Source of the DNA: Eledone cirrhosa
Lineage: Eukaryota
Assembly: GCA_964016885.1 (NCBI GenBank)
Contig: OZ024741.1
Span: 202,492,001 to 202,556,000 of the forward strand
Direction of reading: 5' to 3'
DNA length: 64,000 bases
The notes beneath the pieces were generated by a model. It worked only from the letters and a program-made list of their open reading frames with translations, searched no databases and was not told the origin of the DNA. Made by a program: the position numbers and the translations under genes. How positions within the stretch are numbered: position 1 is the first letter of the stretch; each line of letters opens with the position of its first letter. Positions 1 through 11,804 of this stretch are shown in pieces.

Positions 1-670
1 GTGTTACATTGTTGTTGAAGGGGACAAGTTTCAGACCTTCGGCAAGAGCATCCTGGTGGGGTTCTGCTCTTAGGGCTGTTGGTGATGTGGGCCTTCATAT
101 TCTTAGCAGTGGAGTATCCTAGTTTCACCCAGTGTCTATTAAAGATGGAACGGTGTCTATCTAAGAAAGCTAAAAAAAATTTACCCACATTAGCTTTAAC
201 GTTGAGAAGAGGTGGGGGGGGGGGGACAAATTACTTTTCTAGTAGCATGATTTCTTTTCTTATTGTTGTTGGCGTTAGTAGGGGAGTAAGCAATTGGTTG
301 CGAAAAGCTGCTGTTAATGCCGCGTTGTAGTAGGGTGCTGCTCTGTCAAAGATTGTTTTATTAGAGAAAAGGTTAGAGATTCTAGTGCCAATATTTTTCA
401 CGAAGTTTCTAAAAACTGTAGGTGGGTGGCATGAGTCCTTGTGTATGTAATTTAGTTTATTAAAGGGTCTTAAGGTGTGTGTGTAAAGATCTGAATTTAT
501 GTCTAAGTAATCTACTCATTAAAAGTAGTAATTAAATCTTTTTTAAAACGGTTCAGATCATGACAACTTATATGGTTCGATAGGGTCAGACCATCGTCAC
601 GGTATGAGCCTGTGTGGAAGTTCGGGAATCTAGTTCGTAACATCTAAAATAAGTAAGCCAACCAAGTCGC
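1..670 (-). mobile_element. Penelope-like retroelement fragment (RT C-terminal part and linker), runs off the window start
   Basis: Minus strand translates to GSYRDDGL (~590-612), LNYIHKDSCHPP...IFDRAAPYYNAAL, and NVKANVGKFF...IFNRHWVKLGYSTAKNMK, typical of Penelope RT thumb/linker; frameshifted. Confidence 0.8.
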
Positions 671-693
671 ATACATATATATATATATGAAGT

Positions 694-734
<41 letters not shown>

Positions 735-1019
735 CGTGAAGTTCTATATCTGGCAACATACAGTATGTTTATAAATAAACATTTTGAAAGCCTTCAGCTA
801 TGGAGTTTAAAACTGATAGCATAGCGCCTTCTAGTGTGTTCCAACAGAAGCTAAGTACAGGTAACTTAGTGATGATGACGTCATCATTTCTGACTTGGGT
901 CATTATCAAACTAGTGCTGCCAGCCGCTTACTGCTTGAACTTAATATATGTTAAAACATAGTTTAGAAGCCTATTTACATTGACTAATCAGCCAAACGGC
1001 TGGCTCGGCTGTATATATC

Positions 1020-2704
1020 ATTGTTAATGTCTCTTTTCCATGCTTGTATGGGTCTGACTGGCTCTTAAGTGACCACATTTTGCTCACATGATCCATTTTT
1101 TTTACTCCATTTTCTATTATTGGGTGCCCTTCCTAATACTGGGAGCATTTTGTGTAACATCGCCATTACCAACTTACAGTATGGACTGGGTGCTTTTCTT
1201 TGTGGTGCCAGTACAACCTTACAGGATAGACTTGGCAATTTTTTTTGCCATGGTACTAGCACGACCACCTTACAAGGCGGTCTGGACGCTTTTCGTTGTA
1301 GCTCTAGCCTTATGGGACAGCAAGTGACATGTCATGGGGTTGCCCTTGAAAAGAGGGAATTGCACTTGGTAGTATATTTTGGAGCATGTCCAACCATACA
1401 ATGCATGTTTTTTCAGGCCCTCTACAACAGGTGGTCCTTCCCAATCCCATCCGAACAGTTTATCGCAGTACAAGGCGGTGCATGACGGGTATTGCACATT
1501 GACATGGGTTGGATGAGTATGAAGGGTGGTATTTTTTGTGAGTGGTATGGGCTGGGTATTTCATGCTGGAGAGAGTTGAATGAAGTGCTGTGGGGGCTGT
1601 TTTTTAATGATTGATGAAGTTGGATAAGCAAGGTGTGGATGGAGGAAGTGAGTAGAGTAGGACTAAGTTGAGATATTTAAATAATGAAGGGGTTGAGGAT
1701 GGGAGAATGTGCTCAAAGGAGATTTGTGCAAACTACCACCCTCTTCATGCTCATTTCATCATGGTCTTCATCATCATCTTTTGTGAGGTGGACTTTTAGC
1801 ACATCATTCTAAACTTTCCTAGGTCTTCAGTCAAGAAGTTATCATCCATACACATCCCATGTCCATATTATCACAATTGCCTCTCTTATGCCCAGTTCAT
1901 TGATGCTTTGTCATTAATATACATGACTATTACACATCCATCAAAGGATTCAGCTATAAGGACTAGATAATGGGCATATAGGAGTTCCCTTGAGCAGCTA
2001 GTTTTAAACTCCTCTAATATGGTCTAGAAGACAATAATAAACAGGTGAGGAATGAAGATAAAGCCCTGGTGGCTCCCCACTTACATACTAAATTTCTCAC
2101 TATATTCATTAACTATCACCTTGCTGACTGCACCTCTGTTCATGGCTTGTACCACCCTTATAAGCCACTCATCTAACCCTAATTTCTCAAGATCCCATCA
2201 GCTTGTGGAAAAAAGGACTGTCAAATGCTTTTGGCTAGGTACTTCTACATTTGCCTCACAGGGAAGAGGGCATCAGTGGTATCTTTACATGACACAAAGC
2301 CAAACTGAATTTCATCTACTTTAATCTATTTCCTAATCAGTTGTGCTATAACACTTTCTGTAACTTTCATGACTTGCTCTATCAACTTGATGCCTCTATA
2401 TTTTCCTCTGTCTATTGTACCTCACTTGCCCTTGGAACAATGGAGAATGCTACTGTTATGCCATTCATTGGGTATAACATCATTCTGTATTACTTTCTTT
2501 ATGATATAGGTGGTTAAGGTGTTGTCCTACCATACCAGATGCTTTCAGCATCTCAGTGACTATTCCCAGTGGCCTAGCTGCTTTGCCTGTCCTTATATAC
2601 TTAATTGCTTTACTACTGTTGCTGCTGACTTGTACAGCTGGTCCCTCAGTTGGGTTCACTTGAGGCAGACTATCTTCCTCCCATGCATTCTCCTCATTCA
2701 TCAG
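1020..2704 (-). mobile_element. Highly decayed RTE-clade LINE remnant (copy at ~27075-28764)
   Basis: Minus-strand peptide NEENAWEEDSLPQVNPTEGPAV...KTGKAARPLGIVTEMLKASG matches the intact element at 23571-26699; RTE-type 3' UTR motifs near 1030-1290. Confidence 0.75.
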
Positions 2705-2790
2705 TGCTTGCGAGGCTAAGCTGCTGGAATAGCCAAACACCTCCACAAGGATACTTCAGAAATTCGAGTTGTCAATGACAAAAGCATCAG
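2705..2790 (+). other. Putative 86-nt non-coding internal exon of ZNF gene 1 (paralogs 28765-28850, 45830-45915)
   Basis: TTCTCCTCATTCATCAG acceptor and CAG|GTAAAT donor, both kept in all three paralogs; similarity to gene 3 ends right after the donor. Confidence 0.45.
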
Positions 2791-3679
2791 GTAAATTTGT
2801 GGTTCATAATCTGATACAGTTTATCTATTTAGGACTAGCCTGTTTTAATGATTCTGTCATTCACTTTAATTACCTCTATTACCATATTTGTTTTTCTGCT
2901 AAATGTGTGTTGTGTATTATAATACAAATATTATGTTTAAAATGTGTTAGAATACAAATCAACATCACACCTATTTTCCATGTTGGCATGGGTTAGATGG
3001 GTGTCGCATACTGAGGCCAGACACGTCAAATGACTAGGTTTTACTCATACACTGTTTTGGTTTGGTTTCTATGGTTAGATGCCCCACTTGTCACCAACCA
3101 CTTTACATCATTTACAGAGAACATGGCTTTTACAGCTAGATGCCCTTCCTATCACCAACCACTTTACTGAGTGTACAAGGAGCATTTTATCGTAACTCAC
3201 ACTACCATCTTACAGGGTGGACGGTGTTTTTTGTTATGGCACTAGCACTACCACCTTACAGCGTGGACTGGGTGTTTTTATAGTGGCACCAGTATAGGGT
3301 GCTCTGTGTACATGGTTTTGCTGGGTAGGGCTGAAGCTGGGGTATGTGTATTGAATTGCAGGAGACATAATGGTGTCCAGCTTCCCTTGGTGGCCTAAAA
3401 GGGGAGCATTTTTATACTGCTTGGGGCATGTGGTTCGGTTGGTAGTATTTGTCATTTTGAGGTGTGCTAGGCTTTCATGGGTTGGGAAAGTGTTGGTGGT
3501 GCAAGGAAAGGTGAATCAATCATGGTTCCTAGATATCCATGCTAGCATGGGTTGGGCGAAGAAATCAGGAGTATATTGGCAGGTGAGGACCTGAGAATTG
3601 TTCCAGCTCTCTATTTCTTCAAGTTTAGAGCGAAGAAGCAGATCAGGGATTTCAGGAGTATACTGGCAGGGAGGAGGTG

Positions 3680-4940
3680 AGACTTGAGTATTGTACCACT
3701 TCTCTGCTTCTTTGGGTGGAGGGAGTTAGGTGGATTAGCTATCCTCCTTGTGCTGCTTTGTTCCACTTGCATGGGAAGGCGAGTTCCGCATATTACAGAA
3801 TATCACCAGTTTTCTTGGTCCAGAGTCATCTCCTTTGTGAGATTCAGTTGCATGAGATTGGCCCTCACCACATCATCCCAGGTTTTCCTAGGTCTTTCCC
3901 TTTCAAGAGTTTCTTTGACTTAATTTCTTTATGCAACTATCCTCCATATGCATCACATGTCCATACCAACACAATCTCATCTCCTGCACACAGCAACTGA
4001 TGCCTCTTCATTTCATTCATTTCATTTTACGTCCACTTTTTCCCTGCTTGCAAGGGTGGGACGGGAACTGATTCTGGCTTGATTTCTACAGCTGGATGCC
4101 CTTCCTAACACCAACCTCATTTACAGTGAGTGCTGGGTGCTTTTTTGCCGTGGCACCTTCACGACCACTTTGCAGTGGAATGATAGGGACCCCAGCCCCT
4201 ATCATCTCATTTCTACAGCTGCGTAAACTGGAGCAATGTGAAATAAAGTGTCTTGCTCAAGGAAACAACACATCACCCGGTCTGAGAATTGAACTCACAA
4301 CCTTTCGATTGCAAGCCCAATGCTCTAACCACTAAGCCATGTGCCTCCAAAAAAAAGAAACGCCTCTTATGCCCATTTTTTTCTCTCAACTCATTGATAC
4401 TTCGTCACTCATATTCGTACACATCTATTGGAGCATACTCACCTCATTTCTTTCACAAAGCCACTACCATATAGCATTCTTATTCATACACAAACATCAT
4501 ACAATCTGTCTTTCACTCTGAGAGACCCTTTATAGTAGCTCCCTGAAATTTTTCCAACTGGTCCACACTCCGGCTACTGTACTTTCAGAACACCTACCTC
4601 TACTGCTAATTTGGTTCCGAAGGTAACAAGCTATTTCTAGGGATCCCTCTGAGCATTTGATGGGGCTTGTTTCCTGTGTGTTCTTGTGTATCAGCTACAT
4701 ACAAATCCTACATTCTTTGTTAGTCTGCCTGCAATCCAACTTATATCTTTTATGTACTCAAGGCTTAAATTTTATACATAAGATGAAATTTCTGCCCACT
4801 TCCGTCTTGCATACTGAGCAAGTCCATTTGCCTGAAGGGATCAGAGCCCTGTTTCCTTGTTGACTTACTAGGACTTTAGTCTTTGTTATGTTGTGGAAAT
4901 TCTTCTTTAGTCCAGCTATAGTTTCAGCAATAAGGACTTA
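3680..4940 (-). mobile_element. Decayed RTE-clade LINE 3' fragment interrupted by a SINE (copy ~29515-30420)
   Basis: Similar to the RT C-terminal part of the intact RTE (GCTACTGTACTTTCAGAACACC, CACATGTCCATACCA motifs). Confidence 0.7.
4009..4348 (-). mobile_element. tRNA-derived SINE with RTE-derived 3' end, present only in duplicate copy 1
   Basis: Minus strand begins GGAGGCACATGGCTTAGTGGTTAGAGC (A box)...GTGAGTTCAATTC (B box); 3' part shares GCTGGATGCCCTTCCTAACACCAACC with the RTE 3' UTR; flanked by TGCCTCTT/CGCCTCTT duplication; empty site at ~29832-29840. Confidence 0.85.
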
Positions 4941-5534
4941 GAATGCTAACATTATATTTTTACTGTCCTTTTTCCACAAACTTTTTGAAGCCCCCTCATA
5001 GTCCAACTTAAACCAGCTGAACAGACAAGAATAGAGAATAAATTTGATGAAGTTCCACATTCATGAGAAAATCATACAAATACTTTAATAGCTTATAGTA
5101 CAAAGATCAAATACTTCCAAGTATTCTCATTCCCCTTTCATAGAGATAAATCTTAGTCTTTTGGCAACAAATAATAAAGGAATTGTTAATTTGCACAGGA
5201 TCTGGTTACCGAATTTCACTCAAAGGCATCAGTCAGCCCATGATGACTATTGATCAACGTGCCATGCAGTTGGGTTGAATCTGAAACCATGAGGTTGAGA
5301 AACAAACTTCTAAATGATACTGCCATGCTTGCATCTAATATATATTGTTGAACAGTCTAAATGTATAGCTGTAGTCCATAAATATGTATAATTTGTATAA
5401 TGTAATTTTAATAAAGTAAACAGTAAAGTTCTGTTGTATAGGTAAATGTTTATATCTACAGTTTATCAATATAGAAAATATGTAAAATTTCCTCTGTTGA
5501 CTCTGCTTTTAACTATTCTTTATATCTTATATTG

Positions 5535-5554
5535 TTATTGTTTCTATATTTCAG
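5535..5554 (+). other. Putative splice acceptor of the coding exon (paralogs end at 31033 and 46840)
   Basis: Pyrimidine-rich tract ending TTTCTATATTTCAG|ACTATC in all three genes, ~355 bp upstream of the ATG. Confidence 0.55.
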
Positions 5555-5910
5555 ACTATCAGATGACATTGGCATTAAACGATTTCCCACATCAATAGAA
5601 TTATCAATATTTATCATCTTTTAAACATATCAGATATAACCTTATTGCTTCTATCAATTTATGGGAAAATTAATGTAAAATATTTTTTCGTAACTGAGAA
5701 TACTGACAAAATTTCTCTTCACTGTCTCGGATACGGACAAGATGATTTTGTATTCTAATTAAACTGAGACAAATTTACAAAAGAATTTGCTGCCTTCTTC
5801 AGATATCAACAAAGAACACAGTTCAATGTAGCAATGAAAATATTTCCATCAATATAATCAACATCGTTTTTCATGTCCACTTTTGCTTACATAGAACAAT
5901 TACGAGGAAA

Positions 5911-7170
5911 ATGAATTATGTGAATACTTTAAAAGATTGTGTGTTTCGTTCTAATGAGATGTCAAAAAAAAAAAGGAAAATATCATATAAATGTGGTATC
6001 TGTGGTAAATCATTCTCTGAAAGTAGTGACTTAACTAAACACATATGTAGTCATACAGTTGAGAAACCTTACCAATGTGACATTTGTGATAAATCATTCC
6101 ATAAAAAAATGTGCTTGACTAGACACAAGCTTATTCATACTGGAGAGAAACCGCATTGCTGTGATGTCTGTGGTAAATCATTCTCTCAAAATGATGACCT
6201 CAGAATTCACGTACGCATTCATACTGGTGAAAGACCATATCCTTGCAGTATCTGTGGTAAATCATTTAATACAAGTACTCACTTAACTAACCACAAACGT
6301 ACTCATACTGGAGAGAAACCATATCATTGTGACATCTGTGGTAAATCATTCTCTTCAGGAAGTAGCTTACTCACTCACAAACGAATTCATACAGGAGAAA
6401 AGAGATATCATTGTGATATCTGTGGTAAATCATTCTCTGATCAAGGGAACTTAACTGGACACAAACGTGTTCATACTGGAGAGAAGCCTTTTAGCTGTCA
6501 AATATGTGGTAAAGCATTTTCTCAAAGTAGTGCATTAATTATTCATACACGTATTCATACAGGAGAGAAACCATATCACTGTAGTATCTGTAGTAAAACT
6601 TTCTCTCAAAAGAAAACCATGTTTTTCCACAAACGTACTCATACAGGAGAGAAACCATATCATTGTGATATTTGTGGTAAATCATTCACTGGATTACCTA
6701 GCTTAAACATGCACAAACGTATTCATACAGGAGAGAAACCATATCACTGTGATATCTGTGGTGAATCATTTTCTCAAAGTCGTCAATTAGCTGTACACAA
6801 ACGTATTCATACAGTGGAGAAGCAATACCTCTGTGATATCTGTGATAAATCATTTACTGAAAAATGTTCCTTAATCACTCACAAACGTATTCATACAGGA
6901 GAGAAACCATACCACTGTGATGTCTGTGGTAAATCATTCTCAGTAAAAAGTAACTTAACTAAACACAAACGTATTCATACCGGAGAGAAACCATATGATT
7001 GTAATATCTGTGGTAGAGCATTCTCACAAATAAATACATTAACTAATCACAAACGCACTCATACAGGAGAGAAACCATATGGATGTGATATCTGTGATAA
7101 ATCATTCTCTCAAATAAATTCATTAACTATTCACAAACAAACTCATAAAGAAGTGAAACCACATGACTGA
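5911..7170 (+). CDS. C2H2 zinc-finger protein, 14 tandem fingers, 419 aa, no N-terminal effector domain (ZNF gene 1)
   Basis: Uninterrupted ORF of 14 CxxC-x12-HxxxH units with TGEKPY-type linkers after a ~26 aa leader. Confidence 0.93.
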   Translation: MNYVNTLKDCVFRSNEMSKKKRKISYKCGICGKSFSESSDLTKHICSHTVEKPYQCDICDKSFHKKMCLTRHKLIHTGEKPHCCDVCGKSFSQNDDLRIHVRIHTGERPYPCSICGKSFNTSTHLTNHKRTHTGEKPYHCDICGKSFSSGSSLLTHKRIHTGEKRYHCDICGKSFSDQGNLTGHKRVHTGEKPFSCQICGKAFSQSSALIIHTRIHTGEKPYHCSICSKTFSQKKTMFFHKRTHTGEKPYHCDICGKSFTGLPSLNMHKRIHTGEKPYHCDICGESFSQSRQLAVHKRIHTVEKQYLCDICDKSFTEKCSLITHKRIHTGEKPYHCDVCGKSFSVKSNLTKHKRIHTGEKPYDCNICGRAFSQINTLTNHKRTHTGEKPYGCDICDKSFSQINSLTIHKQTHKEVKPHD

Positions 7171-7590
7171 TATGTGTGGTAAATCATTCTCTGTACCTAG
7201 TCTTTTTAACTGAATGCATTCATACCAGAGAGAAGCCATGTCACTGGTGTTTGTGGTAAATGTCACTTAAACCTTTTGATATCAAATCACCTGAAATCAC
7301 CCCTGGTTTTACAATGCAATGTTACTTAATTTGTGGTGTATATATTTTTCTAGAAATTTTACATCATAATTTTATGTAAGCAACTTTTGTAAGCTAAAAT
7401 CCAAACATGAGCCTAATAATGAGTGAATTATTTGACTAAATCTTTCCAAATTATTGATTATTTTCAAAATAATTTGAAAATCACAGGCAAGTGTCTTTCA
7501 TTAAAATATAATGAAATGGTTAACTAAACAAGTATATCCATACAAGAGGGAAGCCAATGTTACTGTGATGCATGTGATAAATCATTCTCA
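7171..7590 (+). pseudogene. Degenerate zinc-finger repeats in the 3' UTR (also 32650-33070 and 48542-48710)
   Basis: TGTGGTAAATCATTCTCT, CATACCAGAGAGAAGCCA and TGTGATAAATCATTCTC motifs continue out of frame after the stop. Confidence 0.75.
7271..7519. mobile_element. TTAA-flanked MITE (piggyBac-like) inserted in a dead finger (copy 32750-32998)
   Basis: TTAA at 7267-7270 and 7520-7523 splits CACTTAACTAAACA, which is uninterrupted in gene 3 (~48643); related in reverse to 11805-12171. Confidence 0.6.
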
Positions 7591-7900
7591 GGTTGGACAT
7601 ATTTATAATACAAAATCTCACATTTTCTCAATCTTTTGTTATCTCAGCTCTGAGACTCATTATCTTGAGTTCTCATCGAATCACTGAATATTTGTAATAA
7701 ACTGAAAGATAAATAAAACTAGTTTACTCTTAAATTTTTCTTTTGTCATTTTCTTTGTAGAACTTCTAACCAAATTTTGAGCTGATACTATAAACTAAAG
7801 AATTTACAGACCTGATCAATGTATATAAAAGTTGCACATTTCTCCAAACAGATCTTCACTAACTATTTACGTTGAAGCTAATATAATTTGTTGGTATTAT

Positions 7901-8075
7901 AGTATCGGTAGAGAGTCGGACGCCATGCTTTCCAGCATAGTTACGTCTCTTTACGGTCCGAGTTCAAATCCCGCCGAGGTTAACTTTGCCTTTCATCCTT
8001 ACGGGGTCGATAAAATAAAGTACCAGTAATGTACTGGGTAATTGCTGGCCTTGTGCCAAAAGTAGAAACAATTAT
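7901..8075 (+). mobile_element. tRNA-derived SINE (copy 33380-33554)
   Basis: B box GAGTTCAAATCC followed by the conserved core GCCTTTCATCCTTACGGGGTCGATAAAATAAAGTACCAG; nine related copies in the window. Confidence 0.85.
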
Positions 8076-8570
8076 TTTATAATAAACAGTAACTATTAGA
8101 GGTTTCATACATTGAATATGAGGTACAGAATAGAATATTTGGTAGTTGTATGGTCATATTGTCTGAAGATAATTTTCTAAATCTTCTGCTGACACAACAG
8201 TTTTCAATAAGAAAGTTCATATTGACATCTACACATGTAAATAAGGAACTTGGAAAATCTTTATTTAATCATTTTAGTGTGGAGTAAAGTTAGGTTGAGG
8301 TTACCTCGAATCGTAATTATCATCACTATCAGAACTGCCCTCCAGGCAGGTTTCTGCTAGCATGTGTAGTGTGCATATTGATATATGCAAGTGTCTCATG
8401 TATGTATAGATATATATGTTATCCCTACAGTGCAGTCTTAGAAATAAATATGTTAAAACAAAAAAGGAGAAAATGAGATTAACAATGGAAATATAAATGT
8501 TATGATATAATGATGGAAATATATAAACGTTTATGATATAACAATGGAAATAGAAATGTTTATATATAAT

Positions 8571-8755
8571 TGTTTCTACCTTTGGCATAAGGCCAGCAAT
8601 TATCCCAGTGTATTACTGGTGCTTTATCGACCCTGTAAGGATGAAAGGCAAAGTTAACCTCGGCAGGATTTGAACTCGGACCATAAAGGGCCGTAACTCT
8701 TTGCTACAATGCATGGCGTTCGACTCTCTACCGATACTGCCAATCCACCGCCCTC
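8571..8755 (-). mobile_element. tRNA-derived SINE, same family, with 17-bp TSD (copy 34052-34236)
   Basis: Reverse complement of 7901-8075; AAATGTTTATATATAAT on both sides. Confidence 0.85.
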
Positions 8756-8813
8756 AAATGTTTATATATAATGATATATAAGCATTATGATATAACGATG
8801 GAAATATTATATA

Positions 8814-9672
8814 CTAGCAGTGGTACCCGGCGTTGCACGGTATAAGGTATTTTGGAACGTGGGCCGCCAACAGACCTAATCGTGGAAAAACTGCATGCGT
8901 AGACAATATGTAAAGAAAATAAACCGAATACTCTAATGGGTGGATGATCTTTAAGATTTTCCTCGATGAAGCAGGATCAAGAAAAGGAATTTTTTTTATG
9001 TGCATAATATGCCATGAAATTTCGGGAAAATCGGCTAGACGTAACGCTTCAAAAAAGCCCTAAAAAGCTGAAAAAATGAATTTTCTCACCTAATGCGGGC
9101 CCTAGGCCATAAAAAAGTTGGATTTTCTTTGCTCACGGTATGAAGAAGAGACTGACATAGTTACAATTTCAAGGAAATCAGTCTGACGTAACAACTCAAA
9201 AAACTCCTAAAAAGCTGAAAAAACGCAGTTTTTCACCTAATGGATCAAAAAGTTGAATTTTTTTATGTGCAAACACTCCCTGAAATATTAGTAATACACG
9301 TATAAAGTTTGAAAAACGTCGGTTGGGTACTTCTCGAGTTTTAGGGATTCAAACTCATATACACACACACACACACAGACAGACATCCGCAGGGAAGTGA
9401 CGTAATGCAGACAGTGAGCCATACATACAGATATTATAAGGGCGCGACGTTATATGTATGTATCTATCTAAAAAGAGAAAGACTAAGAATTATAGAGAGA
9501 GATCGCTAAATCACGTAATGCGGTACCTAGGGCATTGAAAATTTGAAATTTTTTTTGCTCAGAACACTCAATGTGTAAAATTTGAAAACAGTCGGTTGAG
9601 TGGTTCTCGAGTTTTAGGGATTCAAACTCACACACACACAGACAGACATCCTCAGTTTTATATATATATAGA
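8814..9672 (-). mobile_element. Non-autonomous Helitron (copy 34295-35152)
   Basis: Minus strand starts TCTATATATAT and ends CCGTGCAACGCCGGG hairpin + TACCACTGCTAG, inserted between A and T with no TSD; internal repeats and (CA)n. Confidence 0.8.
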
Positions 9673-9965
9673 TAAATGGCATTACGGCAAAATGTTATAT
9701 GAACGCTAACAGAAATTGACATTTGAAAGTTTTAACAGAAGTGAATCTTGAAATAAGTAATACATTATATATAAGATTATTAATGTTTAATCAAGAGCTA
9801 AGAAATTTAGTAGATAAATTACATAATATTCATTATTTATTCAAAGTAATCTAACTTATTTTAATAACATGATGTAAAATAAGATAGCTTTTTAATATCT
9901 ATTTTCAATGCTTGCAAAGGTTAGATGGATTTTCCTATATAGAGGTGAGACTGGTCAGGTAGCTA

Positions 9966-11223
9966 CAAGGCACACTCAAGAAGTTTTAAGACTTTCTTTT
10001 CAGGCACTTTTAACTTATCTACGTAACTGTAACTCTAATACATCATGGTTATAATAAGCTATAACATGTCAAATCTTTTTTTTTTTCAAGGTTGAAGGTT
10101 CGGGCCACTGTAGCACCTTAAACACTACCTGTCATACGCATATTGTCTCAGTTGACTGGTTCCACAATGCAGTCAGGATGTGAGGACAACTTGAAGGCTT
10201 GATATACAATGAAGTTTTGTATCAAGCTGGGCATAAACTGTGTAGAAACCTACGAAATGGTCAAAACTGCTTATGGACTAACTTTCATAAGCTGGGCAAT
10301 TGTTTTCTGCTGGCACAGGAGGGCAGGTGGAAGGTAAGGGATGACGAGAGGTGTGGCAGGGAGAGGGACAGCAGGATGACAAAGCTGGTCGACAAAATTC
10401 GCAAATTTCTGGATGAGGACCGCTAAGCATTTCTTCTGATGATTCTTAAACAATTTGAAGTGACTGAGGGCACTGAACAGTCATTCATGATGATCTGAAC
10501 ATGCGCAAAGTTTGTTCCCATGTACGCAATTAAGCTCAAAGGCTGAGGTACGTTGATGACAGCAAGATGATCCAGTGGATCACTTCAAATCCAAGTGTCC
10601 TTGAGTCTCTGGTAACCTATGACAAGAGCTGGGTCTACTTTTGTGATCTAGAGACCAAGAGACAAGGTGCCAGTAGAAACATTCTGATTCTCCAAGACCC
10701 AAGAAGGCCAGGTAAAGCATGTCCACTGGGAACTCATGATGATCCCATTCTTTGATAGCAAGGGCATCTACATCCACTGGGTTCCCCACGGCCAGACAGT
10801 CAACAAAGAGTACTATATAGAAGTTTTTAAGCATTTCAGAAAGAGACTTCATTGCAAGAAACCAGAACTCATCAAGTATGGCCGGTGACACCTGCACCAG
10901 GACAAATCCATCCTGGCGACTAACTACTTGGCTGATATGGGCATCAAGACTGTCCTTCATCCCCTCTGCAGTCCTGACTTAGCCCCATGTGACTGCTTCA
11001 TGTTCCTGAACCTGAAGGAGAAGCTTAGAAGTATCCACTTTGAAGATGTGGAGATGGAGGAGGCTGTGACAAGCACCCTGGACAGCTTCACTTTGGAAGA
11101 CTACAAGGGAGCCTTCCAGAAGTGGCTGGTGCACTGCAACAAGGGTGACTAGAGTTTTCTGTTGATCTGAGTTAAATAAATGGCTCTCTGATAAAAGTTT
11201 CAAAACCTCTTGAGTGTACCTCA
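9966..11223 (+). mobile_element. Mariner (DD34D-type) transposon fossil (copy 35450-36707)
   Basis: Imperfect TIRs (CAAGGCACACTCAAGAAGTTTT / AAAACCTCTTGAGTGTACCTCA) flanked by TA; peptides TYDKSWVYFCDLETKRQ and HPLCSPDLAPCDCFMF; many stops and frameshifts. Confidence 0.88.
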
Positions 11224-11804
11224 TATGTTCTGCTTGTATGCTCTGCTTTTGGCTTGGTTTCTATGATTGGATGCCCTCCCTAATGCCAATCACTTTACAG
11301 CACTTACTGAGAGCATTTTATCATGACTCGAGCACTACTATCTTACAGGATAAACTGGGTACTTTTCATTGTGGCACTGGCACTGCCTAATTACAGCATG
11401 AGAGTTCTCAATGTCCTTGATCTGGCTGGATAATCATGGGTGGGGTTAAAGATGCATAGGCACTGTACTGTGGGTGAGGAATTGCTAGATCAGAGGGTGA
11501 CCTTGAAGCAAGTAGATGGTAACTGACGTGGGATGTGCCTGGCTTTCTTTGTTGGCTTAAATGATGGTGGTGCTAGCTCTATGCGACTTCCTGGGGAGTG
11601 AGGGGAGAAGTGTAATCTCACAAGAGTGCGCTTGAAGCATGAGGACAGTGTCTGACAGTTGGATGTGCCTAGATTGGAGGAGAAAAGTGAGTCAGGATAG
11701 TAAATATGAAAAGGGGAAGGTCATGTGTTGGGTGGGGAAGGTGAATTAAGTAAGGTCCATCCTCGCTTTCCATGTTAGCATGTGATGGACAAGAAAAGGA
11801 ATAA

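Noticed and set aside
1065-1631. Short ORFs conserved between ~1-14 kb and ~27-40 kb
   Set aside because: Conservation only reflects the recent duplication; sequences are decayed repeats and several shift frame between copies.
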